From Escherichia coli (GTDB lineage: Bacteria; Pseudomonadota; Gammaproteobacteria; Enterobacterales; Enterobacteriaceae), in the NCBI RefSeq assembly GCF_003334405.1, contig NZ_QOWM01000002.1: DNA of 64,000 nucleotides, one strand, 5' to 3'. The notes under the pieces were generated by a model. That model saw nothing but the letters and a program-made list of their open reading frames with translations. It had not been told where the DNA came from and ran no database searches. Positions within the stretch are counted from its first letter, which is position 1; each line of letters opens with the position of its first letter. The translations under genes and the position numbers were made by a program. Below are positions 1 through 10,702 of this stretch, in pieces.

Positions 1-3000
1 AACCAACCGGAGGACGAATGGCGATTAAGCCGCCCGCCATGCCTTTACCGACATAGTCGTTGGCATCACCGGTCAGGTACAGTTCCACGCCGCCCGCGTT
101 CCACACGCCGAAGCTCTGGCCTGCGGTGCCGTTGAAGTACGCTTTGATAGGATCGGCTGCCAGCCCCTGATCGCCGTGCGTCTGGGCGATATAGCCTGAA
201 AGCGACGCGCCGACAGAACGGTCGGTGTTGCGAATATCGAACCAGAAGGTTTTGCTCTGGCGCTCATCGACAAACGGTTTCGCCTGTTGCAGCAACTGCG
301 CGTTCAGCAGGCCGTTATCAAACGGCGGGTTGTTTTCGGTGCAGTAGAGTGCCTTACCTGGATGCGGTTCGGCAGTCTCCAGCAGCTTCGACAGCGCCAG
401 CTTCTGCTGTTTGGCGGTGAAACCGTCCAGCTCTTTCAGCAGGTCGGTGCGACCAATCAGATCCACCAGACGTGTTACGCCAAGCTGTGCCATCAGCTCG
501 CGGGTTTCACGGGCGATAAACTCAAAGTAATTCGTCACCTTGAATGGCAGGCCGTGATAGTGGTTCTTACGCAGTTTGTCATCCTGAGTTGCTACACCCG
601 TTGCGCAGTTGTTCAGATGGCAAATACGTAGATATTTACAGCCGAGCGCCACCATCGGGCCAGTGCCGAAGCCGAAGCTTTCTGCGCCGAGAATCGCCGC
701 CTTGATGATATCGACACCCGTTTTCAGGCCGCCATCGACCTGCAAACGGATCTTGTGACGCAAGCCGTTAGCAACCAGCGCCTGCTGGGTTTCAACAAGC
801 CCCAGCTCCCACGGACAGCCTGCGTATTTCACCGATGAAAGCGGACTTGCGCCGGTGCCGCCGTCATAGCCTGCGATGGTGATCAAGTCCGCATAAGCTT
901 TTGCCACGCCAGTCGCGATGGTGCCTACTCCCGGTTCGGAAACCAGCTTCACGGAGATCATCGCTTTCGGGTTAACCTGCTTGAGGTCGAAAATGAGCTG
1001 CGCTAAGTCCTCGATAGAGTAGATATCGTGGTGCGGCGGCGGGGAGATCAGCGTCACTCCGGGCACCGAATAGCGCAGTTTGGCGATGTAAGGCGTGACT
1101 TTATCACCCGGCAACTGACCGCCTTCGCCTGGCTTCGCGCCCTGGGCGACTTTAATCTGAATGACGTCGGCATTGACCAGATACGCCGGAGTAACCCCAA
1201 AGCGACCGGAAGCCACCTGCTTGATGCGCGACACTTTGTTGGTGCCGTAGCGCGCCGGGTCTTCGCCGCCTTCACCGGAGTTCGAATTACCGCCGATGCT
1301 GTTCATCGCTTCCGCCAGCGCCTCGTGGGCTTCCGGGCTTAACGCGCCGATAGACATCGCGGCGGTATCAAAGCGTTTAAACAGTTCGCTTGCCGGTTCA
1401 ACATCAGCAATGTTGACCGCGTTTTCACCCGGCGTAATTGCCAGCAGATCGCGCAGCGTGGTTGCCGGACGCTCATTAACCAGCTTCGCGTATTCCTGAT
1501 AGTCGCTGTACTCGCCGCTTTGTACCGCTTGTTGCAGCGTGCGCACCACGTCCGGGTTGTAGGCGTGGTATTCGCCGCCGTGGACGTATTTCAGCAGACC
1601 GCCCTGGCTGATGGGCTTACGCGCCAGCCAGGCACGTTTCGACAGATTCAGCAGATCCTGCTGGAAGTCTTCAAAGCTTGCTCCACCAATGCGGCTGACC
1701 GCCCCCTGGAAGCACAGGCCCACTACATCATCGTGTAGACCGACCGCTTCAAACAGTTTCGAGCAGCGGTAAGAGGCGATGGTGGAGATGCCCATTTTGG
1801 ACATGATTTTGTACAAGCCTTTGTTGATGCCGTTACGGTAGTTGAGCATCACGGTACGATAATCTTTGGCAATCGCATGGGTGTCTACCAGGCGGCCCAG
1901 CGTTTCATAGGCAAGGTATGGATAAATAGCCGTCGCGCCGAAGCCCAGCAACACGGCGAAGTGGTGCGGATCGCGGGCGCTGGCGGTTTCGACGATGATG
2001 TTGGCATCGCAACGCAGGCTTTGATCGACCAGACGGGTCTGGATCGCGCCAACCGCCATCGGGGCTGGAACCGGCAGGCGATCTTTAGCGATATTCCGGT
2101 CGGAGAGCACCAGCAGCACGGTGCCGCTACGTACCATTTTTTCGGCTTTGTCGCACAGCTCTTTGACTGTCGCTTCGAGCGTGGTTTTAGTGACGTCAAA
2201 GGTGATATCCAGCGTATCTGCGCGGTAGTGCTCCTCTTTCATCGTCGTGAGCTGTTTGAAATCGGAGTAGAGCAGAATCGGCGATTTAAAGCTTAAACGG
2301 TGCGCCTGGCCCTCTGCTTCGCAAAAGACGTTCATTTCACGACCGATACTGGTGGCGAGCGACATAACATGCGCTTCACGCAGCGGGTCGATTGGCGGGT
2401 TAGTCACCTGGGCAAACTGCTGGCGGAAGTAGTCGTAAATAATGCGCGGCTGACTGGAGAGCACGGCGAATGGGGTATCATCGCCCATCGAACCGACCGC
2501 TTCCTGACCGTTTTCGCCCAGTACGCGAATTACGGAGTCCAGCTCTTCCGCGCTGTAGTTAAACTGTTTCTGGTAGCTGGCAAGCGTGTCGTCGTCCAGT
2601 TCGCGGCTACCCACTTCTTCATCGGGCAGATCTTCAAACGGTACCAGTCGGCGGACGTTTTTCTCCATCCACTCTTTATATGGATGGCGGCTTTTCAGAT
2701 CGTCATCGGTTTCTGCCGAGTGCAGAATACGCCCACTGCGGGTGTCGATAACCATCAGTTCGCCTGGCCCGACGCGGCCTTTTTCGACCACTTCGTCAGG
2801 CTGGTAATCCCAGATACCGACTTCAGAGGCGCAGGTGATGAGCTTATCTTTGGTGATGACGTAGCGCGCCGGACGCAGACCGTTACGGTCGAGGTTACAG
2901 GCGGCAAAACGACCGTCGGACATCACGATGCCCGCCGGGCCATCCCACGGCTCCATATGCATGGAGTTAAAGTCAAAGAAGGCACGCAGTTCCGGGTCCA

Positions 3001-3943
3001 TATCCGGGTTGTTCTGCCAGGCGGGTGGTACTAATAGACGCATGGCGCGGATGATATCCATCCCGCCTGCCAGCAGCAGTTCCAGCATGTTATCCATCGA
3101 ACTGGAGTCAGAGCCGGTTTCGTTGACGAACGGTGCGGCGTCGTGCAGGTCAGGGATAAGCGGTGTCTGGAATTTATAAGTACGCGCACGCGCCCATTGG
3201 CGGTTACCGGTGATGGTGTTGATTTCACCGTTATGCGCCAGATAGCGGAACGGTTGCGCCAGCGGCCAGCGCGGTACGGTGTTAGTGGAGAAGCGCTGGT
3301 GGAACAGGCAAATGGCCGATTCCAGACGCAGGTCCGCAAGATCCAGATAAAAGCGCGGCAGATCCGTCGGCATACACAGACCTTTATAGATGTTCACCAG
3401 ATTCGACAGGCTACAGACGTAGAAGTCTTTGTCGGCTTCGAGACGCTTTTCAATGCGGCGGCGGGCGATAAACAGACGGCGCTCCATATCGCGTGGACGC
3501 CAGCCTGCCGGGGCGTTCACAAAAATTTGCTCAATGCGTGGCAGAGAGGAGAGGGCGATTTCACCCAGCACGCCTTCGTTAGTGGGGACATCACGCCAGC
3601 CCACAATCGACAAGGTTTCGCGTTGCAGTTCTTCTTCAACGATGCGGCGTGCGGCAGCGGCGAGTTCAGGATCTTTATTCAGGAAGAGCATCCCGACAGC
3701 GTAGTTTTTTGCTAAACGCCAGCCGCGCTCCTGCGCAACGATGCGAAAAAAGCGATCCGGTTTTTGTAACAGCAAGCCGCAACCGTCGCCGGTTTTACCA
3801 TCGGCGAGAATCGCGCCACGGTGCTGCATGCGGGCCAGTGCGTGTATTGCAGTACGCACTACCTTGTGGCTAGGTTCGCCTTCTATGTGGGCGATCAGGC
3901 CGAAACCACAGTTATCCCTCTCAAGGGATTTATCGTACAACAT
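1..3943 (-). CDS. gltB: glutamate synthase large subunit, N-terminal part (3' end lies beyond window start)
   Basis: Reverse complement at 3943 gives ATG then MLYDKSLERDNCGFG; frame stays open to position 1; no track ORF occupies this frame, consistent with a run-off ORF. Confidence 0.9.
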   Translation of the reverse strand, partial: MLYDKSLERDNCGFGLIAHIEGEPSHKVVRTAIHALARMQHRGAILADGKTGDGCGLLLQKPDRFFRIVAQERGWRLAKNYAVGMLFLNKDPELAAAARRIVEEELQRETLSIVGWRDVPTNEGVLGEIALSSLPRIEQIFVNAPAGWRPRDMERRLFIARRRIEKRLEADKDFYVCSLSNLVNIYKGLCMPTDLPRFYLDLADLRLESAICLFHQRFSTNTVPRWPLAQPFRYLAHNGEINTITGNRQWARARTYKFQTPLIPDLHDAAPFVNETGSDSSSMDNMLELLLAGGMDIIRAMRLLVPPAWQNNPDMDPELRAFFDFNSMHMEPWDGPAGIVMSDGRFAACNLDRNGLRPARYVITKDKLITCASEVGIWDYQPDEVVEKGRVGPGELMVIDTRSGRILHSAETDDDLKSRHPYKEWMEKNVRRLVPFEDLPDEEVGSRELDDDTLASYQKQFNYSAEELDSVIRVLGENGQEAVGSMGDDTPFAVLSSQPRIIYDYFRQQFAQVTNPPIDPLREAHVMSLATSIGREMNVFCEAEGQAHRLSFKSPILLYSDFKQLTTMKEEHYRADTLDITFDVTKTTLEATVKELCDKAEKMVRSGTVLLVLSDRNIAKDRLPVPAPMAVGAIQTRLVDQSLRCDANIIVETASARDPHHFAVLLGFGATAIYPYLAYETLGRLVDTHAIAKDYRTVMLNYRNGINKGLYKIMSKMGISTIASYRCSKLFEAVGLHDDVVGLCFQGAVSRIGGASFEDFQQDLLNLSKRAWLARKPISQGGLLKYVHGGEYHAYNPDVVRTLQQAVQSGEYSDYQEYAKLVNERPATTLRDLLAITPGENAVNIADVEPASELFKRFDTAAMSIGALSPEAHEALAEAMNSIGGNSNSGEGGEDPARYGTNKVSRIKQVASGRFGVTPAYLVNADVIQIKVAQGAKPGEGGQLPGDKVTPYIAKLRYSVPGVTLISPPPHHDIYSIEDLAQLIFDLKQVNPKAMISVKLVSEPGVGTIATGVAKAYADLITIAGYDGGTGASPLSSVKYAGCPWELGLVETQQALVANGLRHKIRLQVDGGLKTGVDIIKAAILGAESFGFGTGPMVALGCKYLRICHLNNCATGVATQDDKLRKNHYHGLPFKVTNYFEFIARETRELMAQLGVTRLVDLIGRTDLLKELDGFTAKQQKLALSKLLETAEPHPGKALYCTENNPPFDNGLLNAQLLQQAKPFVDERQSKTFWFDIRNTDRSVGASLSGYIAQTHGDQGLAADPIKAYFNGTAGQSFGVWNAGGVELYLTGDANDYVGKGMAGGLIAIRPPVG

Positions 3944-4617
3944 ATCGTGAACCTCCCCCAGGCTCTGCGGGAACCCCACTTCCGAACCGCTGCGCACGGG
4001 CACAGAAAGAGCGTGGCGACGGGGTTTGCGTGTCATACGCGCGCCTCGCATTCGCCCCCTTGTTGTCCTTTTCGCATCGGTTAATACGGTGAAGAGGGGA
4101 TCTCAATTACTGCATAAATATGATGAGCAGGCTGCTCATCCAGAAAGCTTCCAGCGGATTTCCAACTTATCGGGAAAGCTGATACAGGTCAAATGGCAAG
4201 CTTATTGGTACAGAAATGTGCTTTAGCGCAAAATTCTTTATTAAATGACTGAAATTAAAATGGATTTTATCTTTAAGGCTAAAAGGGAAGTCGTTAGAGA
4301 AACAGTCAATTCCTGACTGTCATAAAGGTGTGTTAACCCTTATCCTGCCTTGAACTGACGACAAAACCAGCATTTTATACTGCCTTAATTGGTAATGACG
4401 TTTCATGCTACTGTTTTTGCCTAAAATCCATCAGGAGATAAAAAAATCTGACACAAGATAAGCAAAAGTGATTTATGTGATTATGCATGAAATTTCGGTA
4501 ATTTTGATTGATTATGCAGTTGATAAAAGCAGGCCGGGACGATTGATCCAGGTCATCGCCGAATTGAGCTAAAAATGGCAGGCTTTGGCCTCTTTTCAAG
4601 GCGCGGTCTATCAGATT
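3944..4617. promoter_or_regulatory. divergent gltB / yhcC control region, long AT-rich leader
   Basis: 674 bp non-coding, AT-rich, between divergent starts; gltBDF is known to have a long upstream region bound by Lrp/IHF/CRP/ArgR. Individual sites not resolved here. Confidence 0.4.
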
Positions 4618-5547
4618 ATGCAGTTACAGAAATTAGTCAATATGTTTGGTGGTGATCTCACCCGTCGTTATGGGCAAAAGGTGCATAAGCTGACGCTGCA
4701 CGGCGGTTTTAGCTGCCCTAACCGTGACGGTACCATCGGGCGTGGTGGCTGCACATTCTGTAATGTTGCCTCGTTTGCCGATGAAGCGCAGCAGCATCGT
4801 TCCATTGCCGAGCAACTGGCGCACCAGGCGAATTTAGTTAACCGCGCTAAACGCTATCTGGCCTACTTTCAGGCGTATACCAGCACCTTTGCGGAAGTTC
4901 AGGTGCTGCGTTCTATGTATCAGCAGGCGGTGAGCCAGGCCAATATTGTCGGTTTGTGTGTGGGTACCCGCCCGGACTGCGTGCCGGATGCGGTGCTGGA
5001 TCTGCTTTGCGAATATAAGGACCAGGGTTACGAAGTGTGGCTGGAGCTGGGGCTACAAACCGCCCACGACAAAACACTGCATCGCATCAACCGCGGCCAT
5101 GATTTTGCCTGTTATCAGCGTACAACCCAGCTGGCACGTCAGCGCGGGCTGAAGGTGTGTTCCCACTTAATTGTCGGCCTGCCTGGCGAAGGGCAGGCTG
5201 AATGTTTGCAAACGCTGGAGCGAGTGGTTGAAACCGGCGTGGACGGCATAAAGCTGCATCCGCTGCATATTGTGAAAGGCAGCATTATGGCGAAAGCCTG
5301 GGAAGCGGGGCGTTTGAACGGTATTGAACTGGAGGATTACACGCTCACTGCCGGAGAAATGATTCGCCATACGCCACCGGAAGTGATCTACCACCGCATT
5401 TCCGCCAGCGCCCGTCGCCCGACGCTGCTTGCTCCGCTGTGGTGCGAAAATCGATGGACGGGAATGGTCGAGCTGGATCGCTATCTGAATGAACATGGCG
5501 TACAGGGATCGGCGCTGGGACGTCCGTGGCTACCTCCAACGGAGTAG
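4618..5547 (+). CDS. yhcC: radical SAM protein YhcC
   Basis: Track ORF 4585..5547; internal ATG at 4618 gives the 309 aa protein MQLQKLVNMFGG...; CxxxCxxC-type motif (CPNRDGTIGRGGCTFC). Confidence 0.9.
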   Translation: MQLQKLVNMFGGDLTRRYGQKVHKLTLHGGFSCPNRDGTIGRGGCTFCNVASFADEAQQHRSIAEQLAHQANLVNRAKRYLAYFQAYTSTFAEVQVLRSMYQQAVSQANIVGLCVGTRPDCVPDAVLDLLCEYKDQGYEVWLELGLQTAHDKTLHRINRGHDFACYQRTTQLARQRGLKVCSHLIVGLPGEGQAECLQTLERVVETGVDGIKLHPLHIVKGSIMAKAWEAGRLNGIELEDYTLTAGEMIRHTPPEVIYHRISASARRPTLLAPLWCENRWTGMVELDRYLNEHGVQGSALGRPWLPPTE

Positions 5548-5642
5548 GTCGTTGAGGGGAATTCCGCATTTCTCACACAATTTATAACGTAACTGTCAGA
5601 ATTGGGTATTATTGGGGCAGGTTGTCGTGAAGGAATTCCCTA

Positions 5643-7979
5643 ATGAAGCAAATTCGTCTGCTGGCGCAGTATTATGTTGACCTGATGATGAAGTTAGGTC
5701 TGGTGCGCTTCTCAATGTTGCTGGCGCTGGCCCTCGTCGTTCTTGCCATTGTGGTACAAATGGCGGTAACCATGGTGCTGCATGGTCAGGTCGAAAGCAT
5801 TGATGTTATTCGTTCTATCTTCTTTGGTTTGCTGATTACGCCGTGGGCGGTCTACTTTCTATCGGTGGTCGTCGAGCAACTGGAGGAGTCACGACAACGT
5901 CTGTCACGGCTGGTGCAAAAACTGGAGGAGATGCGCGAGCGCGATTTGAGCCTCAACGTTCAGTTAAAAGATAATATTGCCCAGCTAAATCAGGAAATTG
6001 CCGTTCGTGAAAAAGCGGAAGCAGAACTGCAGGAAACCTTCGGCCAACTGAAAATTGAAATCAAAGAGCGCGAAGAGACACAAATTCAGCTCGAGCAGCA
6101 ATCCTCATTCTTACGTTCCTTCCTTGATGCTTCACCCGACCTGGTTTTTTATCGTAACGAAGATAAAGAGTTTTCCGGCTGTAACCGCGCGATGGAGCTG
6201 CTGACCGGAAAAAGCGAAAAACAACTGGTTCACCTGAAACCTGCTGATGTTTACTCACCGGAAGCCGCCGCAAAAGTCATTGAAACCGATGAAAAAGTGT
6301 TCCGTCATAATGTGTCACTGACCTATGAACAGTGGCTGGATTACCCGGACGGGCGCAAAGCCTGCTTTGAAATCCGTAAAGTGCCGTACTACGACCGCGT
6401 GGGTAAACGTCACGGTTTGATGGGCTTTGGTCGCGACATTACCGAGCGTAAGCGGTATCAGGATGCGCTTGAACGGGCCAGCCGCGACAAAACGACGTTT
6501 ATCTCCACCATCAGTCACGAATTGCGTACACCGCTGAACGGTATCGTCGGTCTGAGCCGCATTCTGCTGGATACCGAACTCACCGCCGAGCAGGAAAAAT
6601 ATCTCAAGACCATCCATGTTTCGGCCGTCACGCTGGGGAATATCTTTAACGATATTATCGACATGGATAAGATGGAACGGCGCAAGGTCCAGCTTGATAA
6701 TCAACCGGTTGATTTCACCAGCTTCCTTGCCGATCTGGAAAATCTCTCCGCATTGCAGGCGCAACAAAAAGGATTGCGCTTTAACCTGGAGCCGACGCTG
6801 CCATTACCGCATCAGGTCATTACCGACGGGACGCGTTTACGGCAGATCCTGTGGAACCTCATCAGTAACGCCGTCAAATTCACCCAGCAAGGCCAGGTTA
6901 CCGTGCGCGTGCGCTACGATGAAGGCGATATGCTGCATTTTGAAGTGGAAGACTCTGGTATCGGCATTCCGCAGGATGAGCTGGATAAAATTTTCGCCAT
7001 GTATTACCAGGTGAAAGACAGTCATGGCGGTAAACCTGCCACCGGCACCGGTATTGGTCTGGCCGTTTCTCGTCGTCTGGCGAAAAATATGGGCGGCGAT
7101 ATTACGGTTACCAGCGAACAGGGCAAAGGTTCAACCTTTACGTTGACGATCCACGCACCGTCGGTAGCAGAAGAGGTCGATGATGCGTTTGATGAAGACG
7201 ATATGCCTTTACCGGCGCTGAATGTGCTGCTGGTGGAAGACATTGAACTGAACGTGATTGTTGCGCGTTCTGTGCTGGAAAAATTAGGTAACAGCGTTGA
7301 TGTCGCCATGACCGGCAAGGCGGCGCTGGAGATGTTTAAACCGGGCGAATACGACCTGGTGTTGCTGGATATTCAGTTGCCAGATATGACCGGGCTGGAT
7401 ATCTCTCGTGAACTGACGAAACGTTATCCGCGCGAGGATTTACCGCCGCTGGTGGCCTTAACCGCTAACGTGCTGAAAGACAAACAAGAGTACCTCAATG
7501 CTGGAATGGATGATGTGCTGAGTAAGCCGCTTTCTGTTCCGGCGCTAACCGCGATGATCAAGAAATTCTGGGATACCCAGGATGATGAGGAGAGTACGGT
7601 GACGACAGAAGAGAACAGTAAATCAGAAGCATTGCTCGATATTCCCATGCTGGAACAGTATCTCGAACTTGTAGGACCGAAGCTGATCACCGACGGGTTA
7701 GCGGTGTTTGAGAAGATGATGCCGGGCTATGTCAGCGTGCTGGAGTCGAATCTGACGGCGCAGGATAAAAAAGGCATTGTTGAGGAAGGACATAAAATTA
7801 AAGGTGCGGCGGGGTCAGTGGGGTTACGCCATCTGCAACAGCTGGGTCAGCAAATTCAGTCTCCTGACCTTCCGGCCTGGGAAGATAACGTCGGTGAATG
7901 GATTGAAGAGATGAAAGAAGAGTGGCGTCACGACGTAGAAGTGCTGAAAGCGTGGGTGGCAAAAGCCACTAAAAAATGA
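5643..7979 (+). CDS. arcB: aerobic respiration control sensor histidine kinase ArcB
   Basis: 778 aa ORF with N-terminal TM segments, PAS, HisKA (SHELRTPLN), HATPase, receiver and Hpt domains. Confidence 0.97.
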   Translation: MKQIRLLAQYYVDLMMKLGLVRFSMLLALALVVLAIVVQMAVTMVLHGQVESIDVIRSIFFGLLITPWAVYFLSVVVEQLEESRQRLSRLVQKLEEMRERDLSLNVQLKDNIAQLNQEIAVREKAEAELQETFGQLKIEIKEREETQIQLEQQSSFLRSFLDASPDLVFYRNEDKEFSGCNRAMELLTGKSEKQLVHLKPADVYSPEAAAKVIETDEKVFRHNVSLTYEQWLDYPDGRKACFEIRKVPYYDRVGKRHGLMGFGRDITERKRYQDALERASRDKTTFISTISHELRTPLNGIVGLSRILLDTELTAEQEKYLKTIHVSAVTLGNIFNDIIDMDKMERRKVQLDNQPVDFTSFLADLENLSALQAQQKGLRFNLEPTLPLPHQVITDGTRLRQILWNLISNAVKFTQQGQVTVRVRYDEGDMLHFEVEDSGIGIPQDELDKIFAMYYQVKDSHGGKPATGTGIGLAVSRRLAKNMGGDITVTSEQGKGSTFTLTIHAPSVAEEVDDAFDEDDMPLPALNVLLVEDIELNVIVARSVLEKLGNSVDVAMTGKAALEMFKPGEYDLVLLDIQLPDMTGLDISRELTKRYPREDLPPLVALTANVLKDKQEYLNAGMDDVLSKPLSVPALTAMIKKFWDTQDDEESTVTTEENSKSEALLDIPMLEQYLELVGPKLITDGLAVFEKMMPGYVSVLESNLTAQDKKGIVEEGHKIKGAAGSVGLRHLQQLGQQIQSPDLPAWEDNVGEWIEEMKEEWRHDVEVLKAWVAKATKK

Positions 7980-8091
7980 CCCCGGCTAGACCGGGGTGCG
8001 CGAATACTGCGCCAACACCAGGGAAATCTTGGCTGCGCCGTAAATTATTATGATGAGTTACAAGGGCACAGCACTGTTTTTCAGGCCGCAC
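7971..8091 (-). ncRNA. arcZ: ArcZ small RNA (RyhA/SraH), antisense overlap with arcB 3' end
   Basis: Reverse complement of 7971..8091 reads GTGCGGCCTGAAAAACAGTGCTGTGCCC...CACCCCGGTCTAGCCGGGGTCATTTTTT, matching ArcZ as I recall it, with terminal hairpin and U-tract. Confidence 0.85.
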
Positions 8092-8208
8092 GCAGTTAAG
8101 ATAGCAAAACTTAAATGATTTGTTACATGAATCAGTTAAATGTGTGATGCGTACCATTTTTATTAAAAAAATTAATGTGTTTCAGTCAATTGCGAAAGGA
8201 TGATCACA

Positions 8209-8862
8209 ATGAAGAAAATTGGCGTAATTCTGAGCGGATGCGGCGTCTATGACGGTTCTGAAATTCATGAAGCGGTGTTGACGTTGTTAGCTATTTCACG
8301 CAGCGGTGCGCAGGCGGTCTGCTTTGCACCGGATAAGCAGCAGGTTGATGTTATCAACCATTTAACTGGCGAAGCGATGACGGAAACGCGCAATGTGCTG
8401 ATTGAAGCGGCACGAATAACGCGCGGTGAAATCCGTCCTCTGGCCCAGGCCGATGCCGCTGAACTGGATGCGTTGATTGTGCCGGGGGGGTTTGGCGCGG
8501 CGAAGAATTTAAGCAATTTTGCCAGTCTTGGTAGCGAATGCACCGTTGACCGTGAATTAAAGGCGCTGGCACAAGCGATGCATCAGGCCGGAAAACCGCT
8601 TGGTTTTATGTGTATTGCCCCGGCGATGCTGCCGAAAATTTTCGATTTCCCGCTGCGTTTGACCATCGGTACTGATATCGATACCGCAGAAGTGCTGGAA
8701 GAGATGGGCGCGGAGCATGTGCCGTGTCCTGTCGATGATATCGTGGTTGATGAAGACAATAAGATTGTCACCACCCCAGCATATATGCTGGCGCAGAACA
8801 TTGCAGAAGCGGCGAGCGGCATTGATAAGCTGGTTTCCCGCGTGCTGGTTCTGGCTGAATGA
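8209..8862 (+). CDS. elbB: glyoxalase III-like DJ-1/PfpI family protein ElbB
   Basis: Track ORF 8200..8862; ATG at 8209 gives 217 aa [21 protein letters not shown]... Confidence 0.93.
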   Translation: MKKIGVILSGCGVYDGSEIHEAVLTLLAISRSGAQAVCFAPDKQQVDVINHLTGEAMTETRNVLIEAARITRGEIRPLAQADAAELDALIVPGGFGAAKNLSNFASLGSECTVDRELKALAQAMHQAGKPLGFMCIAPAMLPKIFDFPLRLTIGTDIDTAEVLEEMGAEHVPCPVDDIVVDEDNKIVTTPAYMLAQNIAEAASGIDKLVSRVLVLAE

Positions 8863-9587
8863 GTAAAAGCCGCTTAACGGTGTTTAGTTTCGTTCGCCGT
8901 TTTCTTTTGCGGTTAATGGTTGTCCTCGCCGTTTTCTGGGGCGGGGGCATCGCGTTGTTTAGCGTTGCGCCTGTTCCCTTCTCAGCGGTAATGGTCGAGC
9001 GACAGGTCAGCGCCTGGCTGCATGGCAATTTTCGTTACGTGGCACATTCTGACTGGGTCAGTATGGATCAAATCTCGCCGTGGATGGGACTGGCGGTGAT
9101 TGCCGCAGAAGATCAGAAATTTCCTGAGCACTGGGGCTTTGATGTCGCTTCCATTGAGAAAGCCCTGGCGCACAACGAGCGCAATGAAAACCGTATTCGC
9201 GGTGCTTCAACGATTTCTCAACAGACAGCCAAAAATCTCTTTTTATGGGATGGGCGTAGCTGGGTTCGAAAAGGGCTGGAAGCCGGATTAACGCTGGGGA
9301 TAGAAACGGTCTGGAGCAAAAAGCGTATCCTGACGGTTTACCTGAATATCGCCGAATTTGGCGACGGTGTGTTTGGCGTCGAAGCTGCGGCACAACGTTA
9401 TTTCCACAAACCCGCGAGCAAACTTACCCGGTCGGAAGCTGCATTACTGGCAGCTGTATTACCTAATCCACTTCGTTTCAAAGTCTCCTCGCCATCGGGC
9501 TACGTGCGTAGCCGTCAGGCGTGGATTTTACGGCAGATGTATCAGTTAGGCGGTGAGCCGTTTATGCAACAACACCAGCTGGATTAA
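8859..9587 (+). CDS. mtgA: monofunctional biosynthetic peptidoglycan transglycosylase
   Basis: 242 aa ORF; start ATG overlaps elbB stop (ATGA); GT51 motifs ([19 protein letters not shown]). Confidence 0.95.
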   Translation: MSKSRLTVFSFVRRFLLRLMVVLAVFWGGGIALFSVAPVPFSAVMVERQVSAWLHGNFRYVAHSDWVSMDQISPWMGLAVIAAEDQKFPEHWGFDVASIEKALAHNERNENRIRGASTISQQTAKNLFLWDGRSWVRKGLEAGLTLGIETVWSKKRILTVYLNIAEFGDGVFGVEAAAQRYFHKPASKLTRSEAALLAAVLPNPLRFKVSSPSGYVRSRQAWILRQMYQLGGEPFMQQHQLD

Positions 9588-10216
9588 GCTTCGCGCGAAG
9601 TGAGGGCCAGCGTTTTGCTCTCACGAGGTTGCAGATCTTTCTGCAGGGCAATAGCCAGCGCCGGTTGGGCGATAAATCGTTTCCATAACCGCTCTTGCTT
9701 ACGCAGACAACACCACTTCGACCAGGTCGCCAGTGGAATCAATGTGCTTTCACCAATGTTGTCGCAGACGACCGGGATAACCTCTGACTCACTGATGCGG
9801 TGACAGAGGATATTCTGCGGCTTCAGCGACATCGTCACGATACGGTTATCCTGCAAATAACGCTTCAGCTGTTTCAGTAGCTGGCGCAGTTGTGCAATGT
9901 CTTCTTCGTAACGGCATTGTTCAGCAAATTCGGTCAGCGTAATGGAAGGCTTGCCGTCAAAATCTGCAATCACATCGTAGACATAACCGGTTCCGCAATC
10001 CGTCTCAACGGTACCGTGATAGCGCGGTATTCCACTCCAGTCTTTTAACCGGCGACCAAGATGCGCGTAGTACTTTAACTCACGGCGGATCTCTTTATCG
10101 CCACCATCGCCACGATGGTAGACAATCTTGATACAGCGTTGGGCATCTTCCGGATGCGCATAACATTTCCGATGTCTTCCGGTGCCCAGGGGACTTTGTT
10201 CAGATAAGCGAATCAT
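9584..10216 (-). CDS. yrbL: PhoP-regulon protein YrbL
   Basis: Track ORF 9584..10273; start at [11 protein letters not shown] gives 210 aa; PhoP box lies upstream. Confidence 0.9.
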   Translation of the reverse strand: MIRLSEQSPLGTGRHRKCYAHPEDAQRCIKIVYHRGDGGDKEIRRELKYYAHLGRRLKDWSGIPRYHGTVETDCGTGYVYDVIADFDGKPSITLTEFAEQCRYEEDIAQLRQLLKQLKRYLQDNRIVTMSLKPQNILCHRISESEVIPVVCDNIGESTLIPLATWSKWCCLRKQERLWKRFIAQPALAIALQKDLQPRESKTLALTSREA

Positions 10217-10265
10217 GCCATCTCCTGGAAATATTTTCTGACGATCTCCAGTATGGTCGATTAAC

Positions 10266-10283
10266 TTAAACAAAACCTAAACA
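10266..10283 (-). promoter_or_regulatory. PhoP box (direct repeat TGTTTA-N5-TGTTTA) in yrbL promoter
   Basis: Reverse complement reads TGTTTAGGTTTTGTTTAA about 50 bp upstream of the yrbL ATG. Confidence 0.7.
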
Positions 10284-10429
10284 ATGCCTCTTAAGGTTTT
10301 CTTAAGGTTCTTCTGAAAGTGAAAAGCGCACAAAATGTACAAATGACGTTGATTGAGAACGATTTCAGTACGTGATTTTCTTATTGTCGGGGGGAGTTTG
10401 AAGGGAGTTGTATGTCAAAGTGATGAAGA

Positions 10430-10702
10430 TTAATCTTCATCAAAACCAGAATTAAAGAGGGCGATAACGGCGGCCAGTGCTTCCTCTTCCTGTGGACCGG
10501 TCGCTTCAACTTCAATCTGCCGTCCTTTGGCAGAATCCAACATCAGCAGCGCAATAACGCTGTTGGCTTCAGCCTCGGTGCCTTCGTCATTACGTAAGAG
10601 CACTTCAGCGTCAAAACCCTGCATTAATTCAAACAGCTTCATTGCAGGCCGGGCATGCATGCCCAGCTTGTTTGTGATTTCAACAGTTTGCTTGACGGTC
10701 AT
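10430..10702 (-). CDS. npr: nitrogen-related phosphocarrier protein NPr
   Basis: 90 aa HPr-like [23 protein letters not shown]...; overlaps rapZ stop. Confidence 0.95.

Noticed and set aside
2300-3034. 244-codon plus-strand ORF inside gltB
   Set aside because: Antisense to the continuous gltB reading frame; no support as a gene.
9584-10273. Longer N-terminally extended ORFs from the track (yrbL here, plus kdsD, lptA, hpf, ptsN, folP, mlaB and others)
   Set aside because: Internal starts give protein lengths matching the characterised proteins; the extensions are upstream in-frame codons from allowing GTG/TTG/ATG starts.
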